This document shows, piece by piece, positions 1-9,793 of a stretch of 64,000 nt of DNA (its first letter is position 1; each line of letters begins with the position of its first letter). The DNA is from Bacteroidales bacterium (GTDB taxonomy: Bacteria; Bacteroidota; Bacteroidia; Bacteroidales; Prolixibacteraceae), in assembly GCA_041694375.1 (NCBI GenBank), contig JASMTI010000198.1, positions 12,351 to 76,350 of the forward strand, written 5' to 3'. The position numbers and the translations under genes are program-made. The notes under the pieces were generated by a model. It did not search any database, was not told the origin of the DNA, and worked only from the letters and a program-made list of their open reading frames with translations.

Positions 1-393
1 TTAGCATCGAACAAAGCAAGTTTAAATTCGAAAAACGATATAACATAATATTTTCATAAAATATATTTTAAAGAAATGGTGTTTTGCAGTTTATTTCATT
101 TCCTCAAATAGCTTAAATACGATTTTAAATGTTTCCCGTACCATTGGGGGTCGCTCAATCGGGCATATAGACCGAGCCGCTCAGTAAATAAAAATAGGAT
201 GGATTTCATGTGATGAAAGTTGCCGGTTGTTTTATTCTGCTTGCACGGACTCTTTTATTGGCTGTTATCAAGAAACCCCCACCTCATCCACCTTTTTCTA
301 CGGTTCATCATTATTCTTTTCGTTGAAAAGTATTAAGACCTCATTTTTGTGAACAGGAACGAATATATTTTTAACCATAAAAACCTGTTCAAA

Positions 394-1029
394 ATGAAGA
401 AAACCGTACTATTATCTGTTATTTTAACTTCGTTTATCATAGCTGCTTTTGCCGGTAATTACGAAAAAACCATGCAAACGAACATCGAAAAAATGAACCA
501 GTGTACCAATGCCGAAGAAATGGTATCGCTGGCCAATGCTTTTGAACGTGTGGCCCAAAAAGAAACCGAAAAATGGTTGCCATACTATTATGCCGCTTAT
601 GCAAATACCAGTGTATTGTTTTTTGACCAAAAGATGGAGGCTGATAAGAAGAAGGAGTATCTGCAAAATGCACAAAATAACCTGGATGAAGCAATTGCCC
701 TTGAACCCGGTGAATCGGAAAATTATGCCCTACAGGCACTGATTTACCAAATTAGCATTATTAACCCTTCCGATGGTCAAAAATATATGGGCAAGGTTAA
801 TGAAGCGTTAGCAAAGGCTGAGGCACTTAATGAAAATAACCCGAGGGTTTATTACATGAAAGGAACCATGTTGTTCCATACACCCGAACAATTTGGTGGC
901 GGTAAAAAAGCGGCTAAGCCAATGTTTAAAAAAGCAGCCGGTTTATTCGAAAACACAAGCAATAACGGGTTAATGCCCTCGTGGGGCATGCAGCATAACA
1001 GCATGTTGCTCGAACAATGCAATAAATAG
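394..1029 (+). CDS. Secreted TPR-like helical hypothetical protein
   Basis: ORF opens at GTG 349, but ATG 394 gives MKKTVLLSVILTSFIIAAFAG, a signal peptide. TPR-like helices (WLPYYYAAY, ALEPGESENYALQA, NPRVYYMKG). This type commonly lies next to LytS kinases in Bacteroidota. Confidence 0.7.
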   Translation: MKKTVLLSVILTSFIIAAFAGNYEKTMQTNIEKMNQCTNAEEMVSLANAFERVAQKETEKWLPYYYAAYANTSVLFFDQKMEADKKKEYLQNAQNNLDEAIALEPGESENYALQALIYQISIINPSDGQKYMGKVNEALAKAEALNENNPRVYYMKGTMLFHTPEQFGGGKKAAKPMFKKAAGLFENTSNNGLMPSWGMQHNSMLLEQCNK

Positions 1030-1048
1030 TGTAGTAATTAGTTGATTG

Positions 1049-1088
1049 GTCATTTGTCATTGGTGGTTATTAGCTAATGACAAATGAC
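1049..1088. repeat. Perfect 13-bp inverted repeat built from 7-mer units
   Basis: GTCATTTGTCATT (1049-1061) and AATGACAAATGAC (1076-1088), 14-bp spacer, in the gap between two + strand genes. Confidence 0.85.
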
Positions 1089-1116
1089 TATTTTGTATTA
1101 TTTTTAGTGCCAGATT

Positions 1117-2175
1117 ATGAGACGACATTATAAACGAAGCATAAACCTGAAATCGATCCTTCTGGCATCATTTTTTTCAGTTGCAATCGGGACGCTGTTT
1201 TTATGGACTGGTGCACAAACAATAAAGCTCCCGTTTTCGCAATACCTGTGGAACTCGGTGTACTCTCTTTGTATTGGTTTGGGGTTGTTCCTGAACGGGA
1301 CAATTTTTAGGAATATTGAGAAACGCTATATTTCATGGGTTAAATGGCCGGTTAAAAGCTTCTTTATTGCCTTAACAGTTCATCTTGTTTATTCCAGCTT
1401 TATTATCATCTTTTTCAACTGGCTTTGGTTTATTAAAATAAGTGGCAACTCAGTTGCTCATTTTCTTTCTTACGGATGGTTTATCATTATTGGAGAGTAT
1501 ATCTCATTCTTCCTGATTTCAGCAATAATTTATGCCCGGTCATTTTTTATTGAATATCGTGAAGAAGCCATCCAGGCTGAAAAACTAAAACAAGAAGCCA
1601 TGGGGCTTCAGTATCAGGTAATGCAAAACCAGGTGAACCCACATTTTTTATTCAATGCACTCAATGTAATTGGTTCGCTTATCGATGTTGATACCGAAAA
1701 AGCAAAATCTTTCATCCGTGAGCTCTCCCTCTTTTATCGCGAACTACTTCTATTGAAGGATACAGAACTTGTTTCGGTCAGGGAAGAACTGAACTTTGTG
1801 AAAAAATATATTTTCTTGCAGAAAATCCGGTTTGGCGATAATTTTAATGTCGATATATTCATTCCTGAAGATATGCCGGGCAAGCTTGTGCCAATGTCGT
1901 TGCAAATGATGCTTGAAAATGCAGTGAAACATAATGTTATCTCTAAAAATGAACCACTTCGTGTGGTGATGGGAAAAACTGATAACGGCGAATTGTTTGT
2001 TGAGAACAACCTTCAGCCCAAAAGCAATGTGAGTGGGAGCAACCGCATTGGCCTGGATAATTTAAGGGCAAGATATCAATACCTTACAAATAAAGAAATG
2101 CAAATTTCGAAGAATGAACATTTCTTCAGGGTGACCATTCCCCTTATTAATATCGGAAGCTACGCAGGGGAATGA
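1117..2175 (+). CDS. LytS/YehU-type sensor histidine kinase (His_kinase domain)
   Basis: About four N-terminal TM segments, H-box QNQVNPHFLFNALN, N-box LENAVKH, and IGLDNLRARY. Confidence 0.9.
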   Translation: MRRHYKRSINLKSILLASFFSVAIGTLFLWTGAQTIKLPFSQYLWNSVYSLCIGLGLFLNGTIFRNIEKRYISWVKWPVKSFFIALTVHLVYSSFIIIFFNWLWFIKISGNSVAHFLSYGWFIIIGEYISFFLISAIIYARSFFIEYREEAIQAEKLKQEAMGLQYQVMQNQVNPHFLFNALNVIGSLIDVDTEKAKSFIRELSLFYRELLLLKDTELVSVREELNFVKKYIFLQKIRFGDNFNVDIFIPEDMPGKLVPMSLQMMLENAVKHNVISKNEPLRVVMGKTDNGELFVENNLQPKSNVSGSNRIGLDNLRARYQYLTNKEMQISKNEHFFRVTIPLINIGSYAGE

Positions 2176-2194
2176 CATGGTATTGAAAAAACTA

Positions 2195-2482
2195 TTATAA
2201 ACCCCTGAACCAATCCTGAAAGTACTCGCCAAACGGGATAATTTTAGCTTCTCCCTGAATGGCATATATCAAACTTAACAACCAAAAGGCGAATAATACG
2301 ATGCTTAGGAGCCACCCAATAATGGGAATAAATTTCAGAATAAAACCAACAATATACAATCCCATTGTTTGTCGTATATAAAAAGATGTATATTCATCCC
2401 TTGGGTTTTGGTTCAATATCAATGCAATTATCCAACCTATCGGTGTAATATGCGCTACAATTGCTTTAACTTTGGCATCCAT
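2195..2482 (-). CDS. DUF4870-like small membrane protein
   Basis: 95 aa with three hydrophobic segments, AHITPIGWIIA...FYIRQTMGL...IPIIGW. Confidence 0.75.
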   Translation of the reverse strand: MDAKVKAIVAHITPIGWIIALILNQNPRDEYTSFYIRQTMGLYIVGFILKFIPIIGWLLSIVLFAFWLLSLIYAIQGEAKIIPFGEYFQDWFRGL

Positions 2483-2507
2483 GACTTTCTGTTTTATTAT
2501 TTCTTTA

Positions 2508-2515
2508 CAAAAATA
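2508..2515 (-). promoter_or_regulatory. Bacteroidota housekeeping -7 box for the DUF4870 gene
   Basis: Minus strand TATTTTTG matches TAnnTTTG, about 25 bp upstream of the ATG. Confidence 0.5.
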
Positions 2516-2699
2516 GTAAAGCTCATTGTTGTTTCTGTTAATGAATAGGGCAGTGACCGAAAAAATCGGTAAACCCCAATTTTATCCGGTTTTTTGTAAT
2601 CTCGAAAAGTTCACTGACAAATCTCATATTATGGTTAAATACCGTTTAAAATTGAACTTTTTCTGCCCTTTTTTTCTCCCTTAACTCATTTAAAACAAC

Positions 2700-2707
2700 T
2701 ACCTTTG
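2700..2707 (+). promoter_or_regulatory. -7 box for mutA
   Basis: TACCTTTG matches TAnnTTTG, 27 bp before ATG 2735. Confidence 0.55.
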
Positions 2708-2734
2708 CCCCCGTTTTAAAAATACAGTTACATT

Positions 2735-4615
2735 ATGGCAGAGAAAAATATAAAGCTTATTGAAGCATTTCCCCCGGTTTCGACCGAAGAGTGGGAGGCC
2801 AAAATCCAGGCCGACCTTAAGGGGAAAGATTATGAAAAGGCGCTGGTTTGGAGAACCATCGAAGGTTTCAGCGTAAGGCCTTACTATCGTGAAGAAGATT
2901 TGGAGCGGGTAAAATACCTCGACAATGTACCCGGGGAGTTTCCGTTCTCTCGTGGAGCCAAGACCAGCGGGAACGACTGGTTTATCCGTCAGGATTTGAA
3001 AGTTGAAGACCTTGAAAAAACCAATAAAAAGGCACTCGACGTTCTTCAGCGTGGTGTTACTTCGCTGGGTTTCATCGTTGAAGGGCGCAATAAATTAACA
3101 GTTTCTGACCTTGAGGTATTGCTTAAGGACATTTGTCTTGAGGCCGTTGAGCTGAACCTGGTGTGTTGCTCAAACAACGCTGAAAATGCAAGGGTATTGG
3201 CTCAATATATCACAAACAAATACGGAAAAGAAAACAACATTAAAGCATCGGTCAATATTGACCCTGTAGGTGCAATGACTCGCAACGGCGCTTATGATGC
3301 TGGTGTAATGCCCGAAATCAAATCGTTGGTTGAAGAAACCGCTCCATTAAAAGGATACTCGGCTATTGCTGTTAACGGGAAAATTTTCCGTGATGCAGGC
3401 TCGTCTATTGCACAGGAAATGGCATTTTCGCTGGCTGCCGGGGCCGAATATCTGACCCAACTTACCGAAGCCGGCCTGGATGCTAAAACCGTGGCACCTA
3501 AAATTAAATTCAACTTAGGAGTAGGCACTAACTATTTTATGGAAATTGCTAAGCTTCGTGCTATCCGCTTCATGTGGGCAAAAATTGTTGATGCATTTAT
3601 GCCCGGATGCAGCACCGACGAGTGTGCATGCGCAGCGGTTATGAATATACATAGCGAAAATACCATCTGGAATAAAACGGTTTACGACCCGTATGTAAAT
3701 ATGTTGCGTACTCAAACTGAAGCAATGAGTGCAGCCCTGGGCGGCACCAATTCAATGACGGTTATCCCGTTCAATTCGGTTTATGAAGATAGCACCCCGT
3801 TCTCGGAACGTATTGCCCGCAACCAACAGATTTTATTAAAAGAGGAGTCTCATTTCGATAAAGTTTCGGACCCGGCTGCCGGTTCATATTATATTGAAAC
3901 CCTTACCGACAGCATTGCCACTTCGGCATGGAACCTTTTTGTTGAGGTACAGGATAAGGGCGGTTATATCGAAGCATTCAAAGCAGGGTTTGTACAGGAT
4001 ACCATTAAAGCAACTTCAGACAAGCTCGATAAAGGCATTGAGCGTCGTCGCGACAGCCTGCTCGGGATTAACCAATTCCCTAATTTTACCGAGTACATGG
4101 AAAAAGAACTCGATGCCGAGGTGTTTCAGCGCCATCAGTGTAAGGCCGAAAACGCCATTGCCGAGCCATTAACCACTTACCGTGGTGCGCAGGCCTTTGA
4201 AGTGTTGCGCTCTACAACCGATGCATATGCATTGAAAAATAAGCGGCCGTTTGTGTTTATGCTTCCTGTTGGAAAACTAAACATGCGCAAAGCCCGTGCC
4301 CAGTTTGCCGCCAACTTTTTTGCCGTGGCCGGTTTCGAAGTAAAAGAAGGCAAAGGCTACGATACGGTTGAGGAAGGCATAGCCGACGCTAAAAAAGAAG
4401 GGGCTGACATCGTGGTAATGTGCAGCTCCGACGATGAATATGCAACGTATGCCCCCGAGGCCGTTAAACAACTCGATAACGAGATTTTTGTAATTGCCGG
4501 TAACCCTGCAAGTAAAGAAGACCTCGAAAAAGAAGGCATCAAAAATTTCATCCATGTACGCAGCAACTTGTTGGAAGAGCTGAAAGGTTATCAAAAAGAG
4601 TTAATTAAATCATAG
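2735..4615 (+). CDS. mutA: Methylmalonyl-CoA mutase small (beta) subunit
   Basis: FPPVSTEEWEAKIQADLKG, YDPYVNMLRTQTEAMSA, RIARNQQ, DPAAGSYYIE. The C-terminal domain lacks the DxH cobalamin motif. Confidence 0.95.
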   Translation: MAEKNIKLIEAFPPVSTEEWEAKIQADLKGKDYEKALVWRTIEGFSVRPYYREEDLERVKYLDNVPGEFPFSRGAKTSGNDWFIRQDLKVEDLEKTNKKALDVLQRGVTSLGFIVEGRNKLTVSDLEVLLKDICLEAVELNLVCCSNNAENARVLAQYITNKYGKENNIKASVNIDPVGAMTRNGAYDAGVMPEIKSLVEETAPLKGYSAIAVNGKIFRDAGSSIAQEMAFSLAAGAEYLTQLTEAGLDAKTVAPKIKFNLGVGTNYFMEIAKLRAIRFMWAKIVDAFMPGCSTDECACAAVMNIHSENTIWNKTVYDPYVNMLRTQTEAMSAALGGTNSMTVIPFNSVYEDSTPFSERIARNQQILLKEESHFDKVSDPAAGSYYIETLTDSIATSAWNLFVEVQDKGGYIEAFKAGFVQDTIKATSDKLDKGIERRRDSLLGINQFPNFTEYMEKELDAEVFQRHQCKAENAIAEPLTTYRGAQAFEVLRSTTDAYALKNKRPFVFMLPVGKLNMRKARAQFAANFFAVAGFEVKEGKGYDTVEEGIADAKKEGADIVVMCSSDDEYATYAPEAVKQLDNEIFVIAGNPASKEDLEKEGIKNFIHVRSNLLEELKGYQKELIKS

Positions 4616-4676
4616 ACACAAGAATCAAGACACAAGAATCAAGACTTAGGAATCAAGACTTAGGAATCAAGATGCA
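4614..4676 (+). repeat. Tandem 7-mer array upstream of the four-helix-bundle gene
   Basis: AGACACA AGAATCA AGACACA AGAATCA AGACTTA GGAATCA AGACTTA GGAATCA AGATGCA. It starts inside the mutA TAG and ends on the next ATG (4672). Confidence 0.9.
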
Positions 4677-5031
4677 TAATTACTTAGAACTGAAAATATG
4701 GCAACAATCGAGAGAATTGGTAAAGCAGATTTATCTGATTACTGAATCATTTCCCAAAAGCCAGATGTATGGTCTTGCTAATCAAATGCAACGTGCAGCT
4801 GTTTCAATTCCATCTAATATTGCAGAAGGAGCGGGGCGTAATACAGAGAAAGAGTTTATCCGGTTCTTAGATATTGCAAATGGCTCTTCTTTTGAATTAG
4901 AAACTCAACTGCTTCTTTCTGTTGACCTGGAGTTTTCAGAACAAATTCAAATTGAACCAATTATTTCTAATTTGAAAGGAATTCAGAAGATGCTCTTTAA
5001 ATTCAGATGTTTATTAGCATCCAAATCTTGA
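4672..5031 (+). CDS. Four helix bundle protein (23S rRNA-IVP / bAvd-like family)
   Basis: Family signature LKIWQQSRELVKQIY...FPKSQMYGLANQMQRAAVSIPSNIAEG...FIRFLDIANGSSFELETQL. Confidence 0.92.
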   Translation: MHNYLELKIWQQSRELVKQIYLITESFPKSQMYGLANQMQRAAVSIPSNIAEGAGRNTEKEFIRFLDIANGSSFELETQLLLSVDLEFSEQIQIEPIISNLKGIQKMLFKFRCLLASKS

Positions 5032-5046
5032 TACCTGATACTTGAA
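5026..5046 (-). repeat. Degenerate 7-mer array downstream of the four-helix-bundle gene, inverted
   Basis: TCTTGAT ACCTGAT ACTTGAA. The reverse complement TTCAAGT ATCAGGT ATCAAGA contains the upstream unit ATCAAGA and overlaps the TGA stop. Confidence 0.7.
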
Positions 5047-5064
5047 TCTAAAAATCTTATAAAT

Positions 5065-7221
5065 ATGAAACCAAATTTCAAAGATATAAATATCAAAAGC
5101 GGCGCTGCTAATGCTGTAGATGAGCAAAAGTGGGCCGAAGAAAACGGGATCAGGAAAGACTGGGTAACCCCGGAGCAGATTCCCGTGAAACCAGTTTACA
5201 CGAAAAGCGACCTCGAAGGTATGGAGCACCTGAACTATGCTGCCGGCCTTCCACCGTTTTTACGCGGACCGTATTCAGCTATGTATGCCATGCGGCCATG
5301 GACCATCCGCCAGTACGCCGGGTTTTCAACTGCCGAGGAAAGTAACGCGTTTTACCGTCGTAACCTCGCTGCCGGGCAAAAAGGTTTGTCGGTAGCATTC
5401 GACCTTGCTACCCACCGTGGGTACGATAGTGACCATCCGCGTGTGGTTGGCGATGTAGGTAAAGCCGGTGTGGCGGTTGATTCCATCCTCGACATGAAGG
5501 TATTGTTCGACCAAATCCCACTCGATGAGATGTCGGTTTCGATGACCATGAACGGGGCTGTGCTCCCGGTGATGGCATTTTACATAGTTACCGGGTTGGA
5601 GCAGGGTGCAACACTCGATCAACTTTCGGGTACCATCCAAAACGATATCCTTAAAGAATTTATGGTGCGTAACACATACATTTACCCGCCAAAATTCTCG
5701 ATGAAAATTATTGCCGACATCTTCGAATACACTTCGAAGAACATGCCGCGATTTAACTCCATTTCAATTTCGGGTTACCACATGCAGGAAGCCGGTGCAA
5801 CTGCCGATATCGAGATGGCTTATACCCTGGCCGACGGGCTGGAGTACCTTCGTGCAGGTATCGATGCCGGAATGGATGTTGACTCATTCGCACCACGCTT
5901 GTCGTTCTTCTGGGCCATTGGCATGAACCACTTTATGGAAATTGCCAAAATGCGTGCCGCGCGTATGTTGTGGGCTCGAATTGTAAAGCAGTTCAACCCT
6001 AAAAACCCAAAATCGATGGCCTTGCGTACACACTCGCAAACATCGGGGTGGTCGCTTACCGAGCAAGATCCTTATAACAATGTTGGCCGTACCTGTATCG
6101 AGGCAATGGCTTCGGCACTTGGACACACGCAATCGTTGCACACCAATGCGCTTGACGAGGCTATAGCGCTGCCAACCGAATTCTCGGCACGTATTGCCCG
6201 TAACACACAGCTGTATATTCAACAGGAAACCGAAATATGCCGTGGTGTTGACCCATGGGCTGGTTCATACTATGTTGAATCACTTACCAGTGAACTTTAC
6301 GATAAGGCCTGGGCCCTCATCGAAGAAGTTGAAAAACTTGGCGGTATGGCCAAGGCCATCGAAACCGGTGTGCCTAAAATGCGTATCGAAGAAGCCGCGG
6401 CACGTGCCCAGGGACGTATCGATGCCGGAACACAAACCATTGTGGGTGTTAACAAATACAAGCTCGATAAGCAGGACCCAATTGATATTCTCGAGATTGA
6501 CAATTCAGCCGTTCGTTTATCACAAATTGAGCGCCTGAAGAAACTCCGTGCCGAGCGTAACGAAGAAGAGTGCCAGGCAGCACTTACCGCATTGTCGAAT
6601 GCCGTTGAAACCGGAAAAGGAAACTTACTGGAGTTGGCTGTCGAGGCCGCTAAAAAACGTGCATCACTGGGTGAAATATCAGATGCCTGCGAAAAACATG
6701 TAGGGCGTTATAAAGCAGTAATCAGAACAATTGAAGGCGTGTATTCATCAGAAGCCAGAAACAACGACGACTTTGCCCAGGCTGTAAAGTTGGTCGAAAA
6801 ATTTGCCGACATGGAAGGTCGTCAGCCCCGTATTATGATTGCCAAAATGGGACAGGACGGACACGACCGTGGCGCGAAAGTAGTAGCAACCGGTTATGCC
6901 GATCTCGGTTTTGACGTGGATATGGGACCATTGTTCCAAACTCCGGAGGAAGCCGCTAAGCAAGCCGTTGAAAACGATGTGCATGTGCTGGGTGTTTCGT
7001 CGCTGGCAGCAGGCCACAAAACGTTGGTGCCTTCAGTAATTGAAGAACTCAAGAAACTTGGTCGTGATGATATCATTGTAATTGCCGGTGGTGTAATCCC
7101 ATCGCAGGACTACCAGTTCTTGTACGACCAGGGTGTTTCTGCAATTTTCGGCCCTGGCAGCAGCGTTGCTACTGCCGGAAAGAAAATCATGGAAATCCTG
7201 ATTGATGTTTACGGAGAATAA
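5065..7221 (+). CDS. mutB: Methylmalonyl-CoA mutase large (alpha) subunit
   Basis: [35 protein letters not shown], and B12-binding [10 protein letters not shown] (DxHxxG). Confidence 0.97.
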   Translation: MKPNFKDINIKSGAANAVDEQKWAEENGIRKDWVTPEQIPVKPVYTKSDLEGMEHLNYAAGLPPFLRGPYSAMYAMRPWTIRQYAGFSTAEESNAFYRRNLAAGQKGLSVAFDLATHRGYDSDHPRVVGDVGKAGVAVDSILDMKVLFDQIPLDEMSVSMTMNGAVLPVMAFYIVTGLEQGATLDQLSGTIQNDILKEFMVRNTYIYPPKFSMKIIADIFEYTSKNMPRFNSISISGYHMQEAGATADIEMAYTLADGLEYLRAGIDAGMDVDSFAPRLSFFWAIGMNHFMEIAKMRAARMLWARIVKQFNPKNPKSMALRTHSQTSGWSLTEQDPYNNVGRTCIEAMASALGHTQSLHTNALDEAIALPTEFSARIARNTQLYIQQETEICRGVDPWAGSYYVESLTSELYDKAWALIEEVEKLGGMAKAIETGVPKMRIEEAAARAQGRIDAGTQTIVGVNKYKLDKQDPIDILEIDNSAVRLSQIERLKKLRAERNEEECQAALTALSNAVETGKGNLLELAVEAAKKRASLGEISDACEKHVGRYKAVIRTIEGVYSSEARNNDDFAQAVKLVEKFADMEGRQPRIMIAKMGQDGHDRGAKVVATGYADLGFDVDMGPLFQTPEEAAKQAVENDVHVLGVSSLAAGHKTLVPSVIEELKKLGRDDIIVIAGGVIPSQDYQFLYDQGVSAIFGPGSSVATAGKKIMEILIDVYGE

Positions 7222-7235
7222 TTAGAATCTAAGAG

Positions 7236-7264
7236 CTTTTCCAAAGTTTATGACTTTGGAGAAG
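7236..7264. repeat. REP-like 12-bp palindrome after mutB
   Basis: CTTTTCCAAAGT-TTATG-ACTTTGGAGAAG, one G.U pair. Confidence 0.5.
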
Positions 7265-7278
7265 GTTTGATAATATTG

Positions 7279-7313
7279 AAGCCCCACTGTCGGATGATGG
7301 TGGGGCTTTTTTG
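7279..7313 (+). terminator. Intrinsic terminator of the mut operon
   Basis: AAGCCCCAC...GTGGGGCTT followed by a T-tract. Confidence 0.85.
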
Positions 7314-7318
7314 TTTTT

Positions 7319-7337
7319 ATTTAAATCCATTCTAAAT
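7319..7337. promoter_or_regulatory. Candidate Fur-type box upstream of the TonB receptor
   Basis: ATTTAAATCCATTCTAAAT matches 15/19 of the 9-1-9 palindrome ATTTAGAATTATTCTAAAT, recalled as a Flavobacteriales Fur box. Confidence 0.4.
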
Positions 7338-7375
7338 CATAACATCTTAGGATTGCAGCATCCAACCTTGCATTC

Positions 7376-7383
7376 TATTTTTG
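7376..7383 (+). promoter_or_regulatory. -7 box for the iron-uptake operon
   Basis: TATTTTTG matches TAnnTTTG, with TTG about 20 bp upstream and ATG at 7413. Confidence 0.55.
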
Positions 7384-7412
7384 CCCTATCAAAAAAGTAG
7401 GACACAAACAGG

Positions 7413-9764
7413 ATGCATAAAATTTTTCTTAGATACTTTGTTTTTATTCTTTTGCTTACCATCATACAGGTTTCGTTTGGTAAGGAAAATACGACTTCGT
7501 TAAGCGGTAAAATTACAGATACCGGTGGTAACCCCGTTAGCTTTGCCTCGGTGTTAATCAACAAAACCCAGAAAGGGGTTTCAACCAACGTAGAAGGTGA
7601 GTTTGATGTGCCCAATATTGCTTCGGGCAAATACACTATTGAAGTACGGTGCATTGGTTACGAAAATTATTCGGGCCAAATTGTTATTGAAAACACAGGC
7701 ACGAATACCGTTGAAGTCGTGCTCAACCCCGCAGATATTGAAGTTGGCGAAGTATTGGTTACCGGGAAGGGCAAAACAGCACAAACCCGGCAAAAGGCTT
7801 TTACCATCTCGGCAATCGATGCCGAACCCCTACAAAACCTGAACCAGGATATCAACCATGTTTTGGGCAAGGTTACAGGCGTACGAATCCGCGAGGAAGG
7901 TGGATTGGGCTCAGGCTTTAACTTTAGCCTGAATGGTTTTTCGGGCCGGCAAATCAAATTCTTTCTCGATGGCGTGCCCATGGACTACTACGGTTCTTCA
8001 ATGTCACTGAACAACATCCCAATTAACATGGCCGAACAAATTGAGGTTTACAAAGGTGTTGTCCCAGTCAATTTGGGCTCCGATGCCCTTGGCGGGGCTG
8101 TTAATATTGTTACCCGTAACGATGTAAAAAGCTTTGTTGATGCCTCATATAGCATAGGCTCATTTAATACACACCGTTTGTCGTTGCTTAGTAAATACGT
8201 GAATCCTGAAAATGGATTTACCATTGGAATGAACGCATTTGGCAATTATTCTGATAATGACTATTGGGTTGATGTTGAAATTTATGACAGCGAAACCAAA
8301 GCCTACAAAGGTATTGAAACAGTACACCGGTTTAACGATGCTTATAAATCGGGTATGGTACAGTTTGAAACCGGATGGCAAAACCGCAGCTTTGCCGACC
8401 AGCTTTTGGCAGGGATAATTGTTTCAGGAAATTACAAAGAAATACAGACCGGGGTGAACATGAACCAGGTGGCTGGTCAGGTTTACCGGACCAACGACCA
8501 GTTTGTAGCTTCGGTTAAATATAAAAAGGAGGCACTCCTTGCCCCAGGACTTGACGTACGGTTCTATTCATCGTACCTCGACGGGCATTCGTTGGTGGCC
8601 GACAGCAGCTCGCGTCAATATAACTGGCATGGCGGGTATTATGTTGAAAGCATTGGTACTTCGGGCGAGTTAACTCGCGATAAATCACTCTTCTCGTTTG
8701 ATGATAAAAGTGCTACAACAAGTTCAAATGTTAGCTACGAACTTACCCCGCAACATGCTTTTGTGATAAACCACAACTACTCATGGTTTCGCCGCGAAGG
8801 AAACGACCCGCTGAGCCCGTATGTTATCCCGTACGACGAGCCTAATGTGATGAACAAGCATGTATTTGGGACCGGATATCAGAACAAAATGTTTGATGGG
8901 CGCATCTCAACCAATATTTTTTATAAACTCTTCACCATGGATGTTGATGTGGTTTATGCCGAATGGGGCAACTACGAACAGAATAACCAATCGTACACAC
9001 GTAGCAGCTTTGGACTGGCTTCAACGTGGTTTATTATGCCATCAGTCCAGTTGAAGCTTTCATACGAAAATACATACCGGCTCCCCGAGGTTTACGAGCT
9101 GATGGGTGATGGGTACTTGCTTAAAAACAACCCGTACCTGAAGCCTGAACGTAGCCGTAATTTTAACGCGGGTGTCTTATGGGATTATCTAAGTTCAAAC
9201 CATCATTTGCTGGTTGAGGCCAATTACCTTTACCGCTATGCCGAAGATTTAATCAGGCTTGATGTTGCTGCCATTACCAGCCAGTATCAAAACTTGCGCA
9301 GTGCCCGCGTAAACAGTTTCGAGGGAAGTGTGCGTTATCGTTACAAAGATTTGTTGAACATTGAGGTCAATACCACCTATCAGGATATGGTCAACCTTGA
9401 TAAAAAGACAGGCTATTATAGAGTACGTATCCCGAACGTACCCTATCTTTTTTGCAATGTTTCAGCCGGGCTTACTTTTAAAAACGTTGGCATTGAAAAG
9501 TCAAAATTCAGCATGAACTGGGCGGTGGCTTTTGTTGAGGCTTTCTACCTTAAATGGCCCAACCTGGGCTTACCATCTTCAAAATACACCATTCCCCGGC
9601 AGTTGTCGCATAATGCATCGCTCGCTTATTCGATAAATGGGCGTTACAATATCTCTGTTGAATGCCGAAATGTTTTCGACCGGGCTTTGTTTGATAACTA
9701 TGCCTTACAAAAACCCGGAAGGTCATTTAATGTGAAGTTGAGGTACTTTTTTGCTTCAAAATAA
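7413..9764 (+). CDS. TonB-dependent outer-membrane receptor (XusA-like)
   Basis: Signal peptide, carboxypeptidase-regulatory-like N-domain, plug (IRE..GGLGS, IEVYKGVVPV..GSDALGGAVNI), and C-terminal PGRSFNVKLRYFF. Confidence 0.92.
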   Translation: MHKIFLRYFVFILLLTIIQVSFGKENTTSLSGKITDTGGNPVSFASVLINKTQKGVSTNVEGEFDVPNIASGKYTIEVRCIGYENYSGQIVIENTGTNTVEVVLNPADIEVGEVLVTGKGKTAQTRQKAFTISAIDAEPLQNLNQDINHVLGKVTGVRIREEGGLGSGFNFSLNGFSGRQIKFFLDGVPMDYYGSSMSLNNIPINMAEQIEVYKGVVPVNLGSDALGGAVNIVTRNDVKSFVDASYSIGSFNTHRLSLLSKYVNPENGFTIGMNAFGNYSDNDYWVDVEIYDSETKAYKGIETVHRFNDAYKSGMVQFETGWQNRSFADQLLAGIIVSGNYKEIQTGVNMNQVAGQVYRTNDQFVASVKYKKEALLAPGLDVRFYSSYLDGHSLVADSSSRQYNWHGGYYVESIGTSGELTRDKSLFSFDDKSATTSSNVSYELTPQHAFVINHNYSWFRREGNDPLSPYVIPYDEPNVMNKHVFGTGYQNKMFDGRISTNIFYKLFTMDVDVVYAEWGNYEQNNQSYTRSSFGLASTWFIMPSVQLKLSYENTYRLPEVYELMGDGYLLKNNPYLKPERSRNFNAGVLWDYLSSNHHLLVEANYLYRYAEDLIRLDVAAITSQYQNLRSARVNSFEGSVRYRYKDLLNIEVNTTYQDMVNLDKKTGYYRVRIPNVPYLFCNVSAGLTFKNVGIEKSKFSMNWAVAFVEAFYLKWPNLGLPSSKYTIPRQLSHNASLAYSINGRYNISVECRNVFDRALFDNYALQKPGRSFNVKLRYFFASK

Positions 9765-9793
9765 ATTGAGTATAAACATAAAACCAGATAGAA

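Noticed and set aside
130-330. LytTR-type direct repeats (CGCTCA at about 152 and 179, and CCACCTCAT/ACGGTTCAT 21 bp apart), or a 37-aa minus-strand ORF
   Set aside because: The matches are too degenerate and the ORF has no recognisable features. The upstream context is outside the window.
2483-2734. Cobalamin riboswitch upstream of the B12-dependent mutase
   Set aside because: Only a small ACCGA/TCGGT hairpin is present. The B12-box and conserved core were not found.
4672-5031. Diversity-generating retroelement (Avd-like gene) or an rRNA intervening sequence
   Set aside because: No reverse transcriptase, template/variable repeat pair or rRNA sequence was seen in the window. The family name does not imply an rRNA location.
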